Positions 1-13,912 of a stretch of 64,000 nt of DNA are shown here, in pieces. How positions within the stretch are numbered: position 1 is the first letter of the stretch; every line of letters begins with the position of its first letter. Below the pieces are notes generated by a model. The model worked only from the letters and a program-made list of their open reading frames with translations. It had not been told where the DNA came from and ran no database searches. This DNA comes from Vicugna vicugna (taxonomy: Eukaryota): positions 3,534,911 to 3,598,910 of the forward strand of contig MU058531.1 in the NCBI GenBank assembly GCA_013265495.1, in the 5' to 3' direction. Both the position numbers and the translations under genes were made by a program.

Positions 1-1194
1 AGGGGAAGAAGAGGAATGAGAGGAGGAAGGCAAAGAAGCAGCAGCATACCAGATCGTCCAAAACTCAAAGCTAAACTCGGGGAGGAATTTTTTTCTACAT
101 GTCCCATAGAGGGTGGATAGTCTTCAAGAGCAGTTTTGAGGTCAAAAACATTTGCAAGAAAGAGTTTCTGGCCATATTTTATATTGACCTTCAATAAAAG
201 GACATAATTTAAAACCATAGCTCTCTGAAAAATACTCATGTTGAGAGCTAAAATAATCTAGTCCAGGTGTGCTGCTCTCTGACAGTCTTACTTGGCACAG
301 GGATAAAGCTTAGAAAATCTGAGACATGAGTGTCCAGTATGACCCTTTGGATGTCTTTCTCAAATACCAGTTGCCTCAGCCAAGCTTTGGACAAGCGTGA
401 CATGCTACAGACTGAAAATGGAGATTCCTGGCAAGTTCCTTTATATATAAAAGTCAGGTTTGTAAAAGTTCTCCACCCTTTCGCGACCTTTCTGTTCCCA
501 GAGACTTTCGCCTGTCTACCTGCAGAGAGGGCCGAGAAACATCATTAGGGTGACCCATAGTGAAGGACTGAGGAAGAGAATTTCATTTTCTCCTGCAGAG
601 CATGCTCTATTGTTGGATTTTCTTTTTACAACAAACATGTAGTGCTTAAAACAATAAAGTTGAAACTAAGGACCTGGTGAATGGAGGGAAAGAGAGAAGG
701 AAAGGAGGGAAGGGGGAAGAGAGAGAATGAAAATGAAGTACAGTTGCATGCAAATAAATCTGAAAAGGTCTGTTTAACAAAAAGAAGAAGGTGAGGCACA
801 GGAGGCCCTAGTGCAGTCCTGTCCCTTAGATGTTGCTCCACAGATATCTGTCGAATGATTAACTCCACAGAACACGGAGGAGAGGACCAGCCGGGAAGAG
901 TCTGAGGGCGAGTTGGCCACCTTGACTAGGGCACAGATGTACCTCAGCTCCTTTAAAACACTTTGTTGTGACTGAGGCAGCATCCTAACACCCTTTCTGG
1001 GGTGAGCAGCTCCAAAAGGCATCCCCCCACCCAGATTCCTAAATGGACCATTAAATGGGTTCATCTATCAGCTAGAATTCTGTGTCAGAGGCAGGCTGCC
1101 AAAAGCAACTCTTCAGATCCAGCACAATTGGAAATGAGCGCTTCCTCCTGTCATCAGTCAGCTAGCACTTTTGTTTGCTTCTTGAGGCCACACT

Positions 1195-1775
1195 ATCATT
1201 CATTTGTTCATTCAGTCATTCTTCCGGAAATATTGCTGGAGTGCCGACAGTGTGCCGGGCACTGTTCTAGGCTCTGGAGATCCTGCAGTGAAAAAAGCAG
1301 ACAGAAACCTCTCTGGATAGGAATTACATTCTAGTTAGGTGGAGACAGATGAGAAGGTGCATAAGAAAAGCATATGGCATGATAAGTGCAAGGAAGAAAA
1401 ATAAAGCAGGGAAGAGGATGGGGAGCATTAGGGAGGAGTGGCTATTGTAACTTTAAATAGGGTGGTGAGGGAAGGCCTCACTGAGAGGCTAGTATTTGAG
1501 TGAAGGCAGGAAGGGGTGGAGGAAATAGCTATCTGGACGTCTGAAGGAGGAGCAGTCCAGGCAGAGGGAAGAGTAAGTGCAAATGCCCTGTGGAGATGGG
1601 GGTGGGGTGGGCCGCTTGCCTGGCACATTCAAGGAGGTCTATGCGGCTGTGGAGGATGGAAGGGAGCGGCAAGAGTCGGAGGGTGGAGGAGGTAAGATGG
1701 CTTGATTATATAGAGTTTTGCAGACCATTTCAGCTTTACCCAGAATGATACGGGAAATTATTGGAAAGTTTTGAC
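1195..1775 (-). mobile_element. LINE-2 (L2a-like) 3' portion
   Basis: cattcatttgttcattca...tgtgccgggcactgttctagg...agggaaggcctcactgag...ggcagagggaagagtaagtgcaaa. Confidence 0.85.
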
Positions 1776-2689
1776 CAAATTGTGTATATCCTTTCCTGAC
1801 CTGTTCTTTCACTCAACCTTGTATTTGAAATTCATTCATATTGATATACGTAGCTACAGTTGATTCATTTTCATTGCTCGGGTAGTCCTTAGAAAATTGC
1901 TTCTACCATTGAAAGACAGTAGTTTCTCATTTTTTTGGTCATCATGTAGATACGTCTTTCTGTTTGCAATTGTGGAGTGTGGGGAGCGTATTGAAATGAT
2001 TTGGGGATGAGTTAAGAGATAGGAATCCAGGCCATCCTGTTTCTCCTGTAAACAACTGGAATCTGTACCATCAATGGGCAAATCCTATGCAATGCAATCT
2101 TCTGATACCCCTTCATAGAGATTCAGAAGGAATGTGAAAATCCTGAAATCTATTGAGATGTGCAGCTTGGCCCCATGGGTGGTTCCTGGCCATGTATCAA
2201 CAGTGGACAATGGACAAATCTATGTAGCCAAGTTGTTAGCAAATAGTGAACAGTCAGTCAAGCCTGCCTTCTCCTTGTTCAGAGTTTGAGGGATTGGATG
2301 AGGCTGGTGGTGTTGGAATGATGTTCTGAGGAGCCCTGGGGAATATTCCTAGAAGAGACTCTGCCCGACGCCTTACCCAGCCTCTCTTCATCAGAGCAGC
2401 TCTGCTTACTCAAGGTCGTATCCTTGGTATCCCCATAAAATCCTGGGGCCCCCATGTTTCAAACCATGTGACTAAGTGACCTCTAAAGCTCTTTACAACT
2501 TTAAAGTTGCCACACATACGCACAGTGTTTAAAATATTTTAATGTTTATTTTTTCATTAGTGAATGTTTCAATAAAAAAGTCAAATTTACTTTCACAATT
2601 ACAAATTTACTAACTATTGTAGCTTAAACATAAGACACTGTTGGTCCATCTGCAAAGGATAAATATCCTTCCCTTTCTTTCCCAGCATA

Positions 2690-3920
2690 GAGGAGTCGGG
2701 GGTAGGCCTGCCCCATTGAAGTGAAGGGTGTGGGAGCCACGCAGAGGTACATCATGTCAGAGAGTGTAGGGTGGGGAAGGGGGCACATGTGTGGTGGACA
2801 GAAGAGAAGGCCTGGATGGTTGGAGTATCACTTACTCTGAGCAAATAACTCAACTGATTGAGTAAGTCCTAAATATATTAAAGATAAATCTTTTCAATGT
2901 TGGAAAAGATACAAACCTAGAAACAAGGAAGAACTTTGAGATTTAAAGTGGAAATGTAGATTTCATTATGAACTTATATTTTTAAATACATATATAAAGA
3001 GATAAATATGGGAATAGTTATAGGATGTGTGTGTATCGTGGCTCTTTGTGCCTGGGGGAACCTAGAAGTAATGACATTCAGTAGCATGAGTGCACTGAGC
3101 AGACAGACGTTGGATTCTAAATACCATCCTCCACTAAAAGGAAACCAAGGGCTTCTTGGAGAAATGACTGATTCCCCTGCTGGGGCAGGAAAAATTAAAG
3201 ATAAGTCTGAAACACCCTGTTATGCTAGAAAGTAAGGATATGCTCAAATAAAGCTTGAGACATGTCAAAAAGACCCAGGAGCCACTTTGCAACAATTTGA
3301 GCTTCATTGTGATAACATGGATTCTAATATAGTGGGGGGAAAATTGCAATCCATGAGTCTCTAATGATTTAAGTGAATAAAATAAAGAAAGAAATGGGGA
3401 GAAGGGAAAGCTTGTTCTTACCAAAGAATGTAACTAATAAATACAGAAGGAATAGTGGAAATAGAAGTAACCGTTTGGCAGCTCTCATAGCGGTAGGTGG
3501 TTGATCTAGGTGGTTTATCCAGGTGGTAGTCATCCTTAGAAGGCAGGTGGACAGAGGGTTAATGAAGGGCAAGATTTCAGTGCAATCTTTGATCTGCCCA
3601 CCAAATACTAATCAGTTATCAGGGGGCAAAGGGTGACTTTATGGTGAAGATTGGTATGACCACAAGGCATGAAGTGTTGACATCCTGTGACCTCTGTTGT
3701 GATGCACTGAGTCAAACGCATCTTCATTCTGGGGCATTCATACCAAAACAGCATCAACGAAGTCTGGTCATGAGGAAATATCCCCCAAATCCAGGTTAAG
3801 GGACTATCCTACAGAACATAAGCCTGCAATCTTTGAAACTGCAGAGGACAAGGAAGACAGGGAAATATGGAAGACCTAGTCCAGATTGGAAAAGGCTGAA
3901 GAGACCTTAGAACCAAAGGC
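2690..3920 (+). mobile_element. Ancient LINE-1 3' region (L1MC/L1MD-like)
   Basis: ccactaaaaggaaaccaagggcttcttggagaaatgactgattcc...gctagaaagtaagg, homologous to the 35500-36530 element. Confidence 0.7.
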
Positions 3921-4175
3921 AGAATCTCCCTACCCAACCCCAACGCCAACCCCAGAACCTACATTTTAACAAAACCCCCAGTGATTCCTGTACACACAAG
4001 TTTGAGAATGGCCAGGGCCCTAGATCAGTGGGTCCTAGGTTTTATCCGAATCACTTTGGAAAACTTTTTAAAAGGACAGATTCCTACCCTCCCCAGATCT
4101 ACAGAGTTAGACACTTTAGTGCAAACTCTCGCAGGTAGTTCTGATACCCAGCCACGTTCGGGAACCACCAGCCTC
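3918..4175. mobile_element. MER5A-family hAT MITE fragments (two adjacent)
   Basis: cattttaacaa...gtgattc...aagtttgagaa, then gaatcac...cagattcc...gggaaccac. Confidence 0.6.
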
Positions 4176-6494
4176 TCAGTGCTATTGTCATGCGTATAAG
4201 TGACCAAAGTGGGTTCATTCACTACGGGTCTGGAAATACAGATTGGAGAATCAAGCTAATTACCACCACGACTCCTCCTCCAAGCACAGAGATATGACCC
4301 CAAACTAATATTCCAGTGCAGGGGTGGAATGTAAATAAACACTGCTGGTTCACATTTCAGGAGTTTTCCAGGACATTTAAGTGGATTTGAAAAATACTTT
4401 TTGAAAGATTGTTTGTACAAACATCATACTCTTTCCAGTCCTTGTTTGGCATAGACTTTAATCAGATTTAAAATGGTGAGTGTTCTTTGTAAGGTTGTAT
4501 GTTTCTTTTCTTCCAGGGCATGTAAAACAAGACATCTGGGTTTTATCATTAAAATACTAAAACATGTCCAGCATTTTTAGGAAATCTGGGCCTGGGTTTA
4601 TATGCTACAGGTGTTGAATATATTTGCTAGAAGGCTGAAGTCTATTCATTTAGAGTTCAAAGGAAAAAATTATGCACACCAGTTTTCTTTCAGAAAAAGA
4701 TTTGACTAAGACACTTAAGCCTTTGACTCTATCTTAGAAAATGAGGAGAAAATAGAAAGAAATCTTTGAGTCAATCTTATATGAAAATACCTAGTTTTCA
4801 GATATTTTTAGTTTTATATTATACACTGAACTCCCTCATCAGCTCATAGCAGAACTTGCTTTTCTCTTTCATCAGCATCTATTAATTTATCTGTAGACAT
4901 TAATAGTATCTTCTTCTGTTAGTTTTTTCCCTGCCACAAGACAGACATAAAAATATAGAATTGAAAGAATGAGGCTGGGGTATTGTAGGCATAGTCTATT
5001 CATGAGTCTAAGACAGGATACTCTTCAGCACCACCATGGAGCAGAGAGTCCAGGGAGAGGTGAGGGAGACATAATAAGATATTAATAAAAAATTGTGATT
5101 TCTGAGTTCAAAGAAATACCACATTAAATGTAGGTATCTCACAAAACTAAATGCCATATCTGGAAATCATTCAATACATGCCCATTAATATTAGTAAAAT
5201 TGGCTAACCTTTCTAGAGTGCTTGTAAGTCTAAACACTTTCACCTTACTTCCTTTAACCCTACAATCCTGTAAGGCCGGTGTTGCTGACAGGCCTGCTTT
5301 AAACTGAAGAACTGGAAGACTAATTGGCCCAGGATCACAGTTAGTAAATATTAGAGCTGAGACTTGAATCTAGCACATCTGACTTCAAACCTGGGCTGCC
5401 CTCTCTTCCCATTTGTCTGGGCAGCACCCCAAAAACTTGCTCTTGGTTTGTTTTGTTTTGGTATAAGATATGCCACTTTGTAATACTTAAATGGTATTTT
5501 TCACTTTTCAGTCTCTGTCATCTACCCCTCTAAGCACTTTCCAAGTAAATATTTGTCTAAAGAGATTTCTTGAGCCAGGTATGAAATATGTCTTTAACCC
5601 CTCTGGAGTGACAACTCACCCTTTCTTTACAGGAGAAGCAAGGCTGGTGCTTGGTCCCCTCCTGCCACGGCTTCAAGTAACCCTTAAATTACCAGACCCC
5701 AAACAGGTCAGTCCCTTTTACAGGAACTGTCAACACCCTCTCAAAAACTGTCAACTCCCCAGAGTTCTTTGGCTCTCCTGAAGAAAACAAGCAGAACCTC
5801 GGCCCACTTAGCAAAATCACTCCCAAGTCCCACCAGCCGCATGGCCCCAGTCTCCAAAGTAAATCCCCTCTTCTGCTGGTCTGCGTCACACCTTCAGCCT
5901 CCTCACACCCAGAGTTTTGAATTTCTGCAATTCTAGTCCTGGGTTTTGCCCATGAGCTGTTCATTGGTCCCTAGTCCATAATCTGCTGCCATCACCAGGG
6001 AGCAGCCGCTGTCTCCCTTCCCAAAACACATCTCCTGGCAGGAATCTTCCCAGAACAGCTCTTCCCAGCGGCCCCTCCCCTCAGGGAAGCAGAGGAGGCT
6101 TTTTGCCTCTTCCTTGGACCTCTCTGGAGGGGAACAGTTCAGGCCTCAGCATGTCTGAAATTCTGCCGGCAGCTGGCTGCCTCCTGAAGGCCGTGATGCT
6201 GCGGCCCCAGCACTGGCCACTCTCCTTTTCTTTCCTTGACTCTTCTTCCCTTTGCTCCCTGGGTTTTGCTCAACTAGGACCCAGTGCCACCATCTCTAGT
6301 GTCTTCAAGAGTTCCTGCAGCTCCCAGCTCTCTGCCTTCTCCTCCCCATCCTACTGGGTTAGCTCCTTGCTGACACAGGCTGCTTCTTCATCTTTGGTCT
6401 GCCTCTGCGGACCAAACGACAGAGGGAGGGAGGGGTGGCGGTGCATCAGATCCTCTTCACAGAGACAGCAGGAGCCCAGCAGATTGTGCCTGTA

Positions 6495-6645
6495 GGGTGT
6501 CCTGAGGTCAGGAGACCTGAGGTCTAGCCCAGCACTGCCACTGACTAGCTGGATTACCTCAGGCAGGTCATCTAACTTCTCCGGTTCTTGGGTTTCTTCA
6601 TCTATAAAATAAGGAAAATGAGCTAAATAATCTCTAATGTCCTTT
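6495..6645 (+). mobile_element. MIR SINE
   Basis: ctgccactgactagctgg...caggtcatctaacttctc...tttcttcatctataaaat core. Confidence 0.75.
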
Positions 6646-8076
6646 GATGTATTCGTTGTCACATTATGTAGTGGAACCACATGACTAAAAGCTGGTCTGC
6701 CCACCTGTTTCCTCATGACAGCCTCAGCTACAAAATAATTGTCCATGTGTCTTCATCTCTTTATTTCGGATTATAGGAAAAATCTTTATGTCTCGGTTTT
6801 GGAATTCCTATGATGATATATTGATTCTGAATTTATGACACCTGTGATAAAACCACACACTGCCATTTCTGACTATTTCTGCCTCCCGAAGTCCACTCAC
6901 ACCATGAGGTTTCTAGAGAGGAGGGGTGTGTTCTCAGGCTGGGCAGATGCGGGCTGAGGGCTCCAGAATTGCCAGCAGAGACAAGCCTCTTGCTCTTGTT
7001 GGCTCCAGGCTCTAGGAGCTTGGAGAGACCTGGGCCCGTATTCCAAGGTCTTTCTAGATGTTAGTGTTCCTTTGAAAAACATATCAGATGGTACAAAGAA
7101 TCTAGGAAACTGAGTATTAGCCTTTTCTTGATAAATCCATACACATTAACATATTTAAAGAAAACCTGCCAGTGGAGAAATCTTTATCTCAGCATCTTGC
7201 AAATTTGTGTGGCCCCAGACACTTTCTTCACAAAATACTTAACAGCTGGTAGAACGTGTCCCCAGAGCACAGTTTGGGAACAGTACCACAGCACACGGCT
7301 GGCCTGCCTCTGTCTGGGTCTTCAGGGCAGAATGGGGTCATTGTAGCTCCTGGACTATTTATTGAGCACCTACGGTCTGCAGAATACATGGGAATAACTC
7401 AACACTGACACAAGTGTCTGCCTGCCAACATTTCAAAACCTAAAGCTGCAGAAGGACAAGCAGACATGAAGAAACATGCTAGTCAACAGACAGGACAAAT
7501 GAAGTGTCGGGCGGAGTGTGGAAGTGCTGGCGCCAGGCCCCTGGGCCGTGGTTTGCTTCCCCAAGCGAACTTCTGGGTGATTGGCTGTCAGTCTCCAGTT
7601 CTTTGCTTTGCGTCAACACCATCTCCTCGCAGGGCAGTCATTGTTTATTTTTATAGATTAGGTAGTTGGGGAGGCACACCAAGTAATTTCATTTTCTGCT
7701 GAACATCCTAGAATTTTTGCCTTGCAGGTACAACTCTGTTGGTTTTTATTTGTAATTAGGATCTATTCTTTCCCTAGAAAAGGTGACCTCCTTTTCACAA
7801 AGTAAGATAGATGGCCAGTGTCCTGTGCTGTTGTTTAATCCTGCTCTGAATGGAACTGCCATCTAGTGTATGCGACGTTCCCTGGACAAGGGGTCCTAGT
7901 TCTAGGGAGGCTCTATCAATAGAAAGACTAAGGTTTGGCACAAACCTTTTATAACCTGTTTGTGACTCACTGCTGGTTTCCAAGCAGTTCCCCTCCTTCA
8001 CAGCACATCCACGTGTCCCCACTTACTCCGACAGCCCTCATCTCCTGTTTCCCACCCCTCCCTGCTAACTCTCCTC

Positions 8077-9553
8077 TTTTTTTTAATTGAAATAGAGTTG
8101 ATTTACAATGTTGTGTTAACTTCTAATATACAGCATAGTGATTAATTTATGTATATATATATATATATTCCTTTTCCTATTCTTTTTCATTATAGGCCAT
8201 TACAAGGTATTGAATATAGCAATACAGTAAGTAGGACCTTGCTGTTTAATCTAGTTTTTATATAGTAGTTAGTGTCTGCAAATCCTGAACTCCCAATTTA
8301 TCCCTTCCCACCCTCTTCCCCCCTGGTAACCATAAGTTTGTTTTCTATGTCTGTGAGTCTGTCTGTTTTATAAATGAGTTCATTTGTAGCCTTTTTTTTC
8401 TTAGATTCCACATATAAGTGATTTCATATGGTATTTTTCTTTCTGTTTCTGTCTTACTTTACTTAGAATGACAATCTCCAGGTCCATCTATGTTGCTGCA
8501 AATGGCATTATTTTATTCTTTTTTATGACTGAGTAGTATTCCGTTGTATAAATATGCCACAACTTCTTTACCCAGTCATCTGTCAATGGACATTTAGGTT
8601 TCCTCCATGTCTTGGCTGTTGTAAATTGTGCTGCTATAAATATTGAGGTGCATGTATCTTTTCAAATTAGAGTTCCCTCCAGATATATGCCCAGGAGTGG
8701 GATTGCTGGATCATAGAGTAAGTCTACTTTCAGTTTTTTAAGGATCTCCATACTGATTTCCATAATGGCTACACCAAACTACATTCCCACCAGCAGTGTA
8801 AGAGGGTTCTCTTCTCTCCACACCCTCTCCAGCATTTATTGTTTGTGGACTTTTGAATGATGGCCATTCTAACCAGTGTGAGGTGATGCCTCATTGTAGT
8901 TTTGATTTGCATTTTCCTGATAATTAGTAATACTGAGCATTTTTTTCATGTGCTTCTTGACCATTTGTATATCTTTGTTGGAGAAATATTTGTTTAGGTC
9001 TTCTGCCATTTTGGATTGGATTTTTTGTTGTTGTTGTTACTTGGTTGTATGACCTGTTTGTTATGTTCTGGAAATGAAGCTCTTGTCAGTCACATCATTT
9101 GCAAATATTTTCTCCCAGTCCGTAGGTTTCTTTACGTTTTATTTATGGTTTCCTTTGCTGTGAAAAAGCTTGTAAGTTTAATTAGGCCCCATTTGTTTAT
9201 TTTTACTTTTTTTCTGTTGCCTGGGTAGACTGTCCTAGGAGAACATTGCTACAATTTATGTCAGAGAATATTTTACCTCTGTTTCCTTCTAGGAGGTTTA
9301 TGGTGTCTTGTCTTATGTTTAAGTCTTTAAGCCATTTTGAGTTTATTAAGCCATTTATGGAGTGAGAGAGTGTTCTAACTTCGTTGATTTACATGCAATT
9401 GTCCAGTTTTCCCAGCCACTTATTGAAGAGACTGTCTTCTCTTCATTGTATGTTCTTACCTCCTTTGTCATAGATTATTTGACCCTAAGTGTGTGTGTTT
9501 ATTTCTGGGCTCTCTATTCTTTTCCATTGATCCTTATGTCTATTTTTGTGCCA
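8077..9553 (-). mobile_element. 5'-truncated LINE-1 (artiodactyl/camelid type), 3'UTR plus ORF2 C-terminus
   Basis: T-run then gttgatttacaatgttgtgtt (reverse of L1 3' end); typical ORF2 antisense text (cccaggagtgggattgctggatc, cattcccaccagcagtgt, gtgaggtgatgcctcattgtagttttgatttgcatt). Confidence 0.92.
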
Positions 9554-9799
9554 AACCTTAGTCTTTCTATTGATAGAGTTTTTTTCTCAGTTGTTTTCTT
9601 GCCCTTTTCCACTTTCCCTCTGCCTCCCCTTTCTGGCCTCTTTAAAAGAAGCAAAAGCTCATTCTTTCTGAGGGTTTCATCCTTGGGAAGTCCCTCTCTG
9701 CTTAACACAGAAGAGAAGCTGGCACCCTAAAAGAAGGCCAACATCGTCTCCACAGAGACAACATCTGGAAGAAGAAGCGGTTTATTGTTGTTTTTTTAA

Positions 9800-10040
9800 T
9801 GGTCAGTATCAGTTGAGTGTGTGCTTTGCTCCAAGCGCTGGACCCTTTACAAATATTATATCTTTTATTAGTCACTACACAACCCCCTTATGACAGGACA
9901 TTTATTATTCTCATTTTATGGGTGAGAAGTCAAGTCTCAGGGAAGGTAAGAAACTTGCTCCAGGTCACAGAAATAATGAAAAGCAGTGCCAGGAAGTAAA
10001 CCTGCATTTCTTTGGCTCCAGACCCTGGATTCTTCCTTCT
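9800..10040 (-). mobile_element. MIR SINE
   Basis: ttattattctcattttatgggtgagaag...gaaacttgctccaggtcacag. Confidence 0.75.
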
Positions 10041-11408
10041 CTCCCCCACCACCCATGAAAACAGGAAAGCTGAAGACACAGAATTCTGGTTTGCAGGAGG
10101 TTTATTCCCAAACAGGTTTCATTCACAGAAGCTCATCCCTACACACATGTCCTGCACAGACTGCAGATTTAATTATCTTCTTTTTAATGATCTATTTTAT
10201 CTACCAGGGTCCAGCAGGGCAGGATGTAATTGATCTTGGTGGGATGCCAGCATCCTTTGTTTCTTCACACAGATTTGTCTTCAGGGAAACATAGGCCAGC
10301 ACATGCAAACCATTTAGTTCCCTTCCATTCTCTCCTTCCTTCTTGATCACTGGTGTCGGTTTAGCTGCTGGTCTCCTATGGCCTGCTCGCCATCCACATT
10401 ACAGTTGGCAAGCATTTGCCATTGGTGCCTACAACTGAAATGGTGACTTGTTTGGCTTACTTCTCCTTTCCTGTGATAGGTGTCCACCTGTGCTAGGACC
10501 CAGAGTGATTCACAGCAGGTCTCAGAACCTCCCATACCTGCTCAGTGGCCCTAGAAGACAACATTCACTCTCCCCCTTTCTTAACCAGTGTGGCCAGTGG
10601 CCAGTGGCGTTCCCCATCGGGGGTCTTAAGTAACCAGGGAGGCCATTTCCTGTCCATCACCTGGGGCATCTCAGAATGGGCCCAGCTCATTCCAGAGCAG
10701 ACGAGACAGCCATCTCTGATGCCCTCATTCTCTGATGCCCAGTTGGCTCAGGGAAAATGAAATCTTCTAGCCATGGGCCAGACTGCTCACAGGCCTTCTA
10801 TGTCATGGCTCCCTGGGTGTCCTTCCCAGCACAAGTCTCTGAGCCTCCTGGGTGAAGAGCAAGCTGATAGGTAATTGCAGGATGGGTGCAGCCTCCAGAT
10901 ACCCTGGACACTCAGGCACTTGGACACTTCTCAGGAGGGCAGCACAGCAGGGAGTTAGCCACTGTGCTTTGTGTGTGATCAGAACAGGTGGTCACTGAGC
11001 ACCTACCAATCACACTGGCCTTTGTGCTGGAAAATAAATGAATGAAACAATGCCTGCCTTCAAGGAGCTTGAACTGCAGTGACAAGGACCGGGAGAGAGT
11101 GGTCATGGTGCAGTGATAAAGTAATTCTGATTAGCCACATGAGGGTTCAAGAAAGGCTTCCTAGAGGAGGTGGCATATAGTCTATTTGGCTATCAGTTGG
11201 ATGTGGGAATGGAAATGAAGGAAGAATCAAGGACTGGGGTCAGGGTAGGCTTCAGGAGCCTTTGGGCCCCTCAAGTGAAAGGGTCATTTAATTCTTGAAT
11301 ATACAGGAAAAGAGATAGATATTCAGAGACAGCAGCAGAGAGATGGGTAAAACAGGTAAGTGAAGGAAATCACCCAGGGAGAGGAGGTAGCATAAGAAGA
11401 GATCCAAG

Positions 11409-11535
11409 GAGGGGAGGATCTAGCTCAGTGGTAGAATACATGTTTATTATGCACCAGGTCCTGGGTTCAATCCCCAGTACTTCCAAATAAAGAAATAAAT
11501 ACCAAATTACCTCCCCCCACCCCCCCCAAAAAAAC
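11409..11535 (+). mobile_element. tRNA-Ala-derived SINE (camelid vic-1-like)
   Basis: tagctcagtggtaga A box, gggttcaatccc B box, aaattacctccccc tail; TSD aagagatccaag at 11397-11408 and 11536-11547. Confidence 0.88.
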
Positions 11536-11591
11536 AAGAGATCCAAGACAGGTCAAGGACAGTGCCCCAAGTTTCCAGAACACCATCATTC

Positions 11592-11985
11592 AAGAAAGAA
11601 AAATACCATATGGATATCACTTATGTGTGGAATCTTAAAAAAAAAAAGACAAACTTATTTACAAAACAGAAACAGACTCACAGGCATAGACAACAAACTT
11701 ATGGTTACCAGGGAGGGAAAGGGGTGGGAAGGGATAAATTAGGAGTTTGAGATTTGCAGATACTAACTAATATATATAAAATAGATGAACAACAAGTACA
11801 TACTGTATAGCACAGGGAACTATATTCAATATCTTGTAGTAACCTTTGGTGAAAAAGAATATATGTATGTTCATGTATGACTGAAGCATTATGCTGTACA
11901 CCGGAAATTGACACAACATTGTAAACTGACTATACTTCAATAAAAATATATATATTTACCAAAAAAAAAAAGAGAGAGAGAGAGA
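11592..11985 (+). mobile_element. LINE-1 3' end (camelid type) with poly(A)/(AG)n tail
   Basis: acaaaacagaaacagactcacag...ctgtatagcacagggaactatattcaatatcttg...cacaacattgtaaactgactatacttcaataaaaa. Confidence 0.9.
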
Positions 11986-12019
11986 ATCAACTGGCACCAG
12001 CAAAGGACAATATTATGAG

Positions 12020-12250
12020 CCTGGTCTCTGGGACTGGGCTGCCTGGCTTGGGATCCCCCTTCACAACTTACTAGCTGTGTGACACTGGGCTAGTGACTAA
12101 ACCTCTCTGTGCTTCCATTCATCTGTTAAATGGGGTGATGATGACGTGCACTTCACTGGGTTGTTGTAAGGTTAAAGGAATTAATGCATGTTAAGTACTT
12201 AACACAAAGTCTATGTAAGTAGACGCTTTAAGAGCATTTTATATAACTAT
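12020..12250 (+). mobile_element. MIR SINE
   Basis: acttactagctgtgtgacactggg...aacctctctgtgc...gggttgttgtaaggttaaa. Confidence 0.8.
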
Positions 12251-13383
12251 TGTTTCACTGATGTCCCAAAAGGGCAGATGCAGCCTGTGACAGATCAGCC
12301 TCTCAGTGTCCATTGGCACTGCCCAATTGAGATTCCTGGTGAGGAGAGGTGAAGGAGAGCCCCAGTGGGAGCCAGGTTACAGCTGAGGTGGGAAGGGACC
12401 AGTCATGGTGGGTGGCACAGATGCCACCATCTCCTGGGAGGCAGGGACAGTGTCTACCTCATTCACTGCATACCCCAGTGCCCAGAGTGGTGCCCACTGG
12501 AGTGTGAGCTCCTGGAGGGAGGGTGCTCAGCAAAGATCTGCTCAGTGAGTATGGATTTGCTGAAGGTCCTACAACTTAGCTGGAGTGGAGGGGCTGCAGG
12601 GACAGGGAGAGTGAGTAGGCCACTCCAGTGGTGGCAGCCGCTCGGGCAGGGTTTTCTTGGGGCATCTCCTGACTTTCTCTCTCAAACCTCTGCCTGGGAC
12701 ACCGAGCTGTCTTCATGAATGAGCTGCAGGGATGGGACCCTCCCAGGCCTTCTCCCACACACTCCTTTCACTTCCAGACTCTAATTCATGAGGACACAGT
12801 CCTATTCTGTGTGCTGTAGAAAACTTAGAATTTTAGACACGTAAACAGCCGGCAAGCGCCTGCACCACATTCTCTGTGACCTCTCAGAACACTAACGTTT
12901 TGCTTCTAAAGGAAATGTGATTCTGCTGCTCAGATCTTCACGTAGCCTTTGCTAAGGCATCTCTTACAGGCTATTGTTCCTGTAAATGTCATTATTAAAA
13001 TCATGCAAAGAGGAGAGCAAATTGATTCATCAGTGGCCCTGCTATAGGATCAGGATAGTCTGGAGCTAACAGCTCACTTGTTATGTAACCTGCTAGCCAT
13101 GGGTTTTAATCCCATCATTAAAATGGGATGAAATAACAAAGACCCTATTCCAGGACTATCAATAAATAGTCTTACAAAAGGGGAGAATATGCATGAAATG
13201 AGGCTTACTTTTGATTACCATCTAAAAATTAGTTTCAGAATGAATGATCCATTCAGTTGCTTGTGGTACGAGGGTAATACAGCCTGCAGAGTTGTTGCAA
13301 TTCTCTGCAGTCCATTTAAGTAGAAATGACATTTGCGTTGCTAAGGCAAAATATTTTCCCCCTGGTTGGTTTTTAAATAGTAA

Positions 13384-13912
13384 ATAGCCATACAAAAGAA
13401 TGAAATCTTGTCATTTGTGGAGAATGTGAATGGACCTCAAGAGCATTATACTAAGAGAAATGTCAGACAGAGAAAGAGAACTAGCTACCCTGTGATCTCA
13501 CTTATATGTGGAATTTAAAGCAAAACAAAATAAAACAAAAACCAAGCTCACAGATACAGAGAACAGATTGGTAGTTGTCAGAGGCAAGGGGCGGGGGGTA
13601 GAAAAAATGAGTGAACGGGGTCAAAATGTACAAACTGACAGTTATAAGATAATTAAGTCATGAGGATATAATATGCAGCATGGTGACTATAGTTAATAAT
13701 ACTCTTGTGCATATTTAAAAGTTGCTAAGAGAGTAGATCTGAAAAGCCCTCATTATAAGAAAAAAATTTTTTTTGTAACTATGTGTGGTGATGGATGTTA
13801 ACTGGACTTATTATGATAATCATTTCACAGTATATACAAATATCAAATCAATATGTTGTACATCTGAAACTAATATAATGTTATATGTCAACTATACGTC
13901 GATTTTTTTAAA
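13384..13912 (+). mobile_element. Older LINE-1 3' end (L1MA-like)
   Basis: aaaagaatgaaatcttgtcatttg...atggtgactatagttaataat...gttgctaagagagtagatct...tgttgtacatctgaaactaatataatgttatatgtcaact. Confidence 0.85.
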
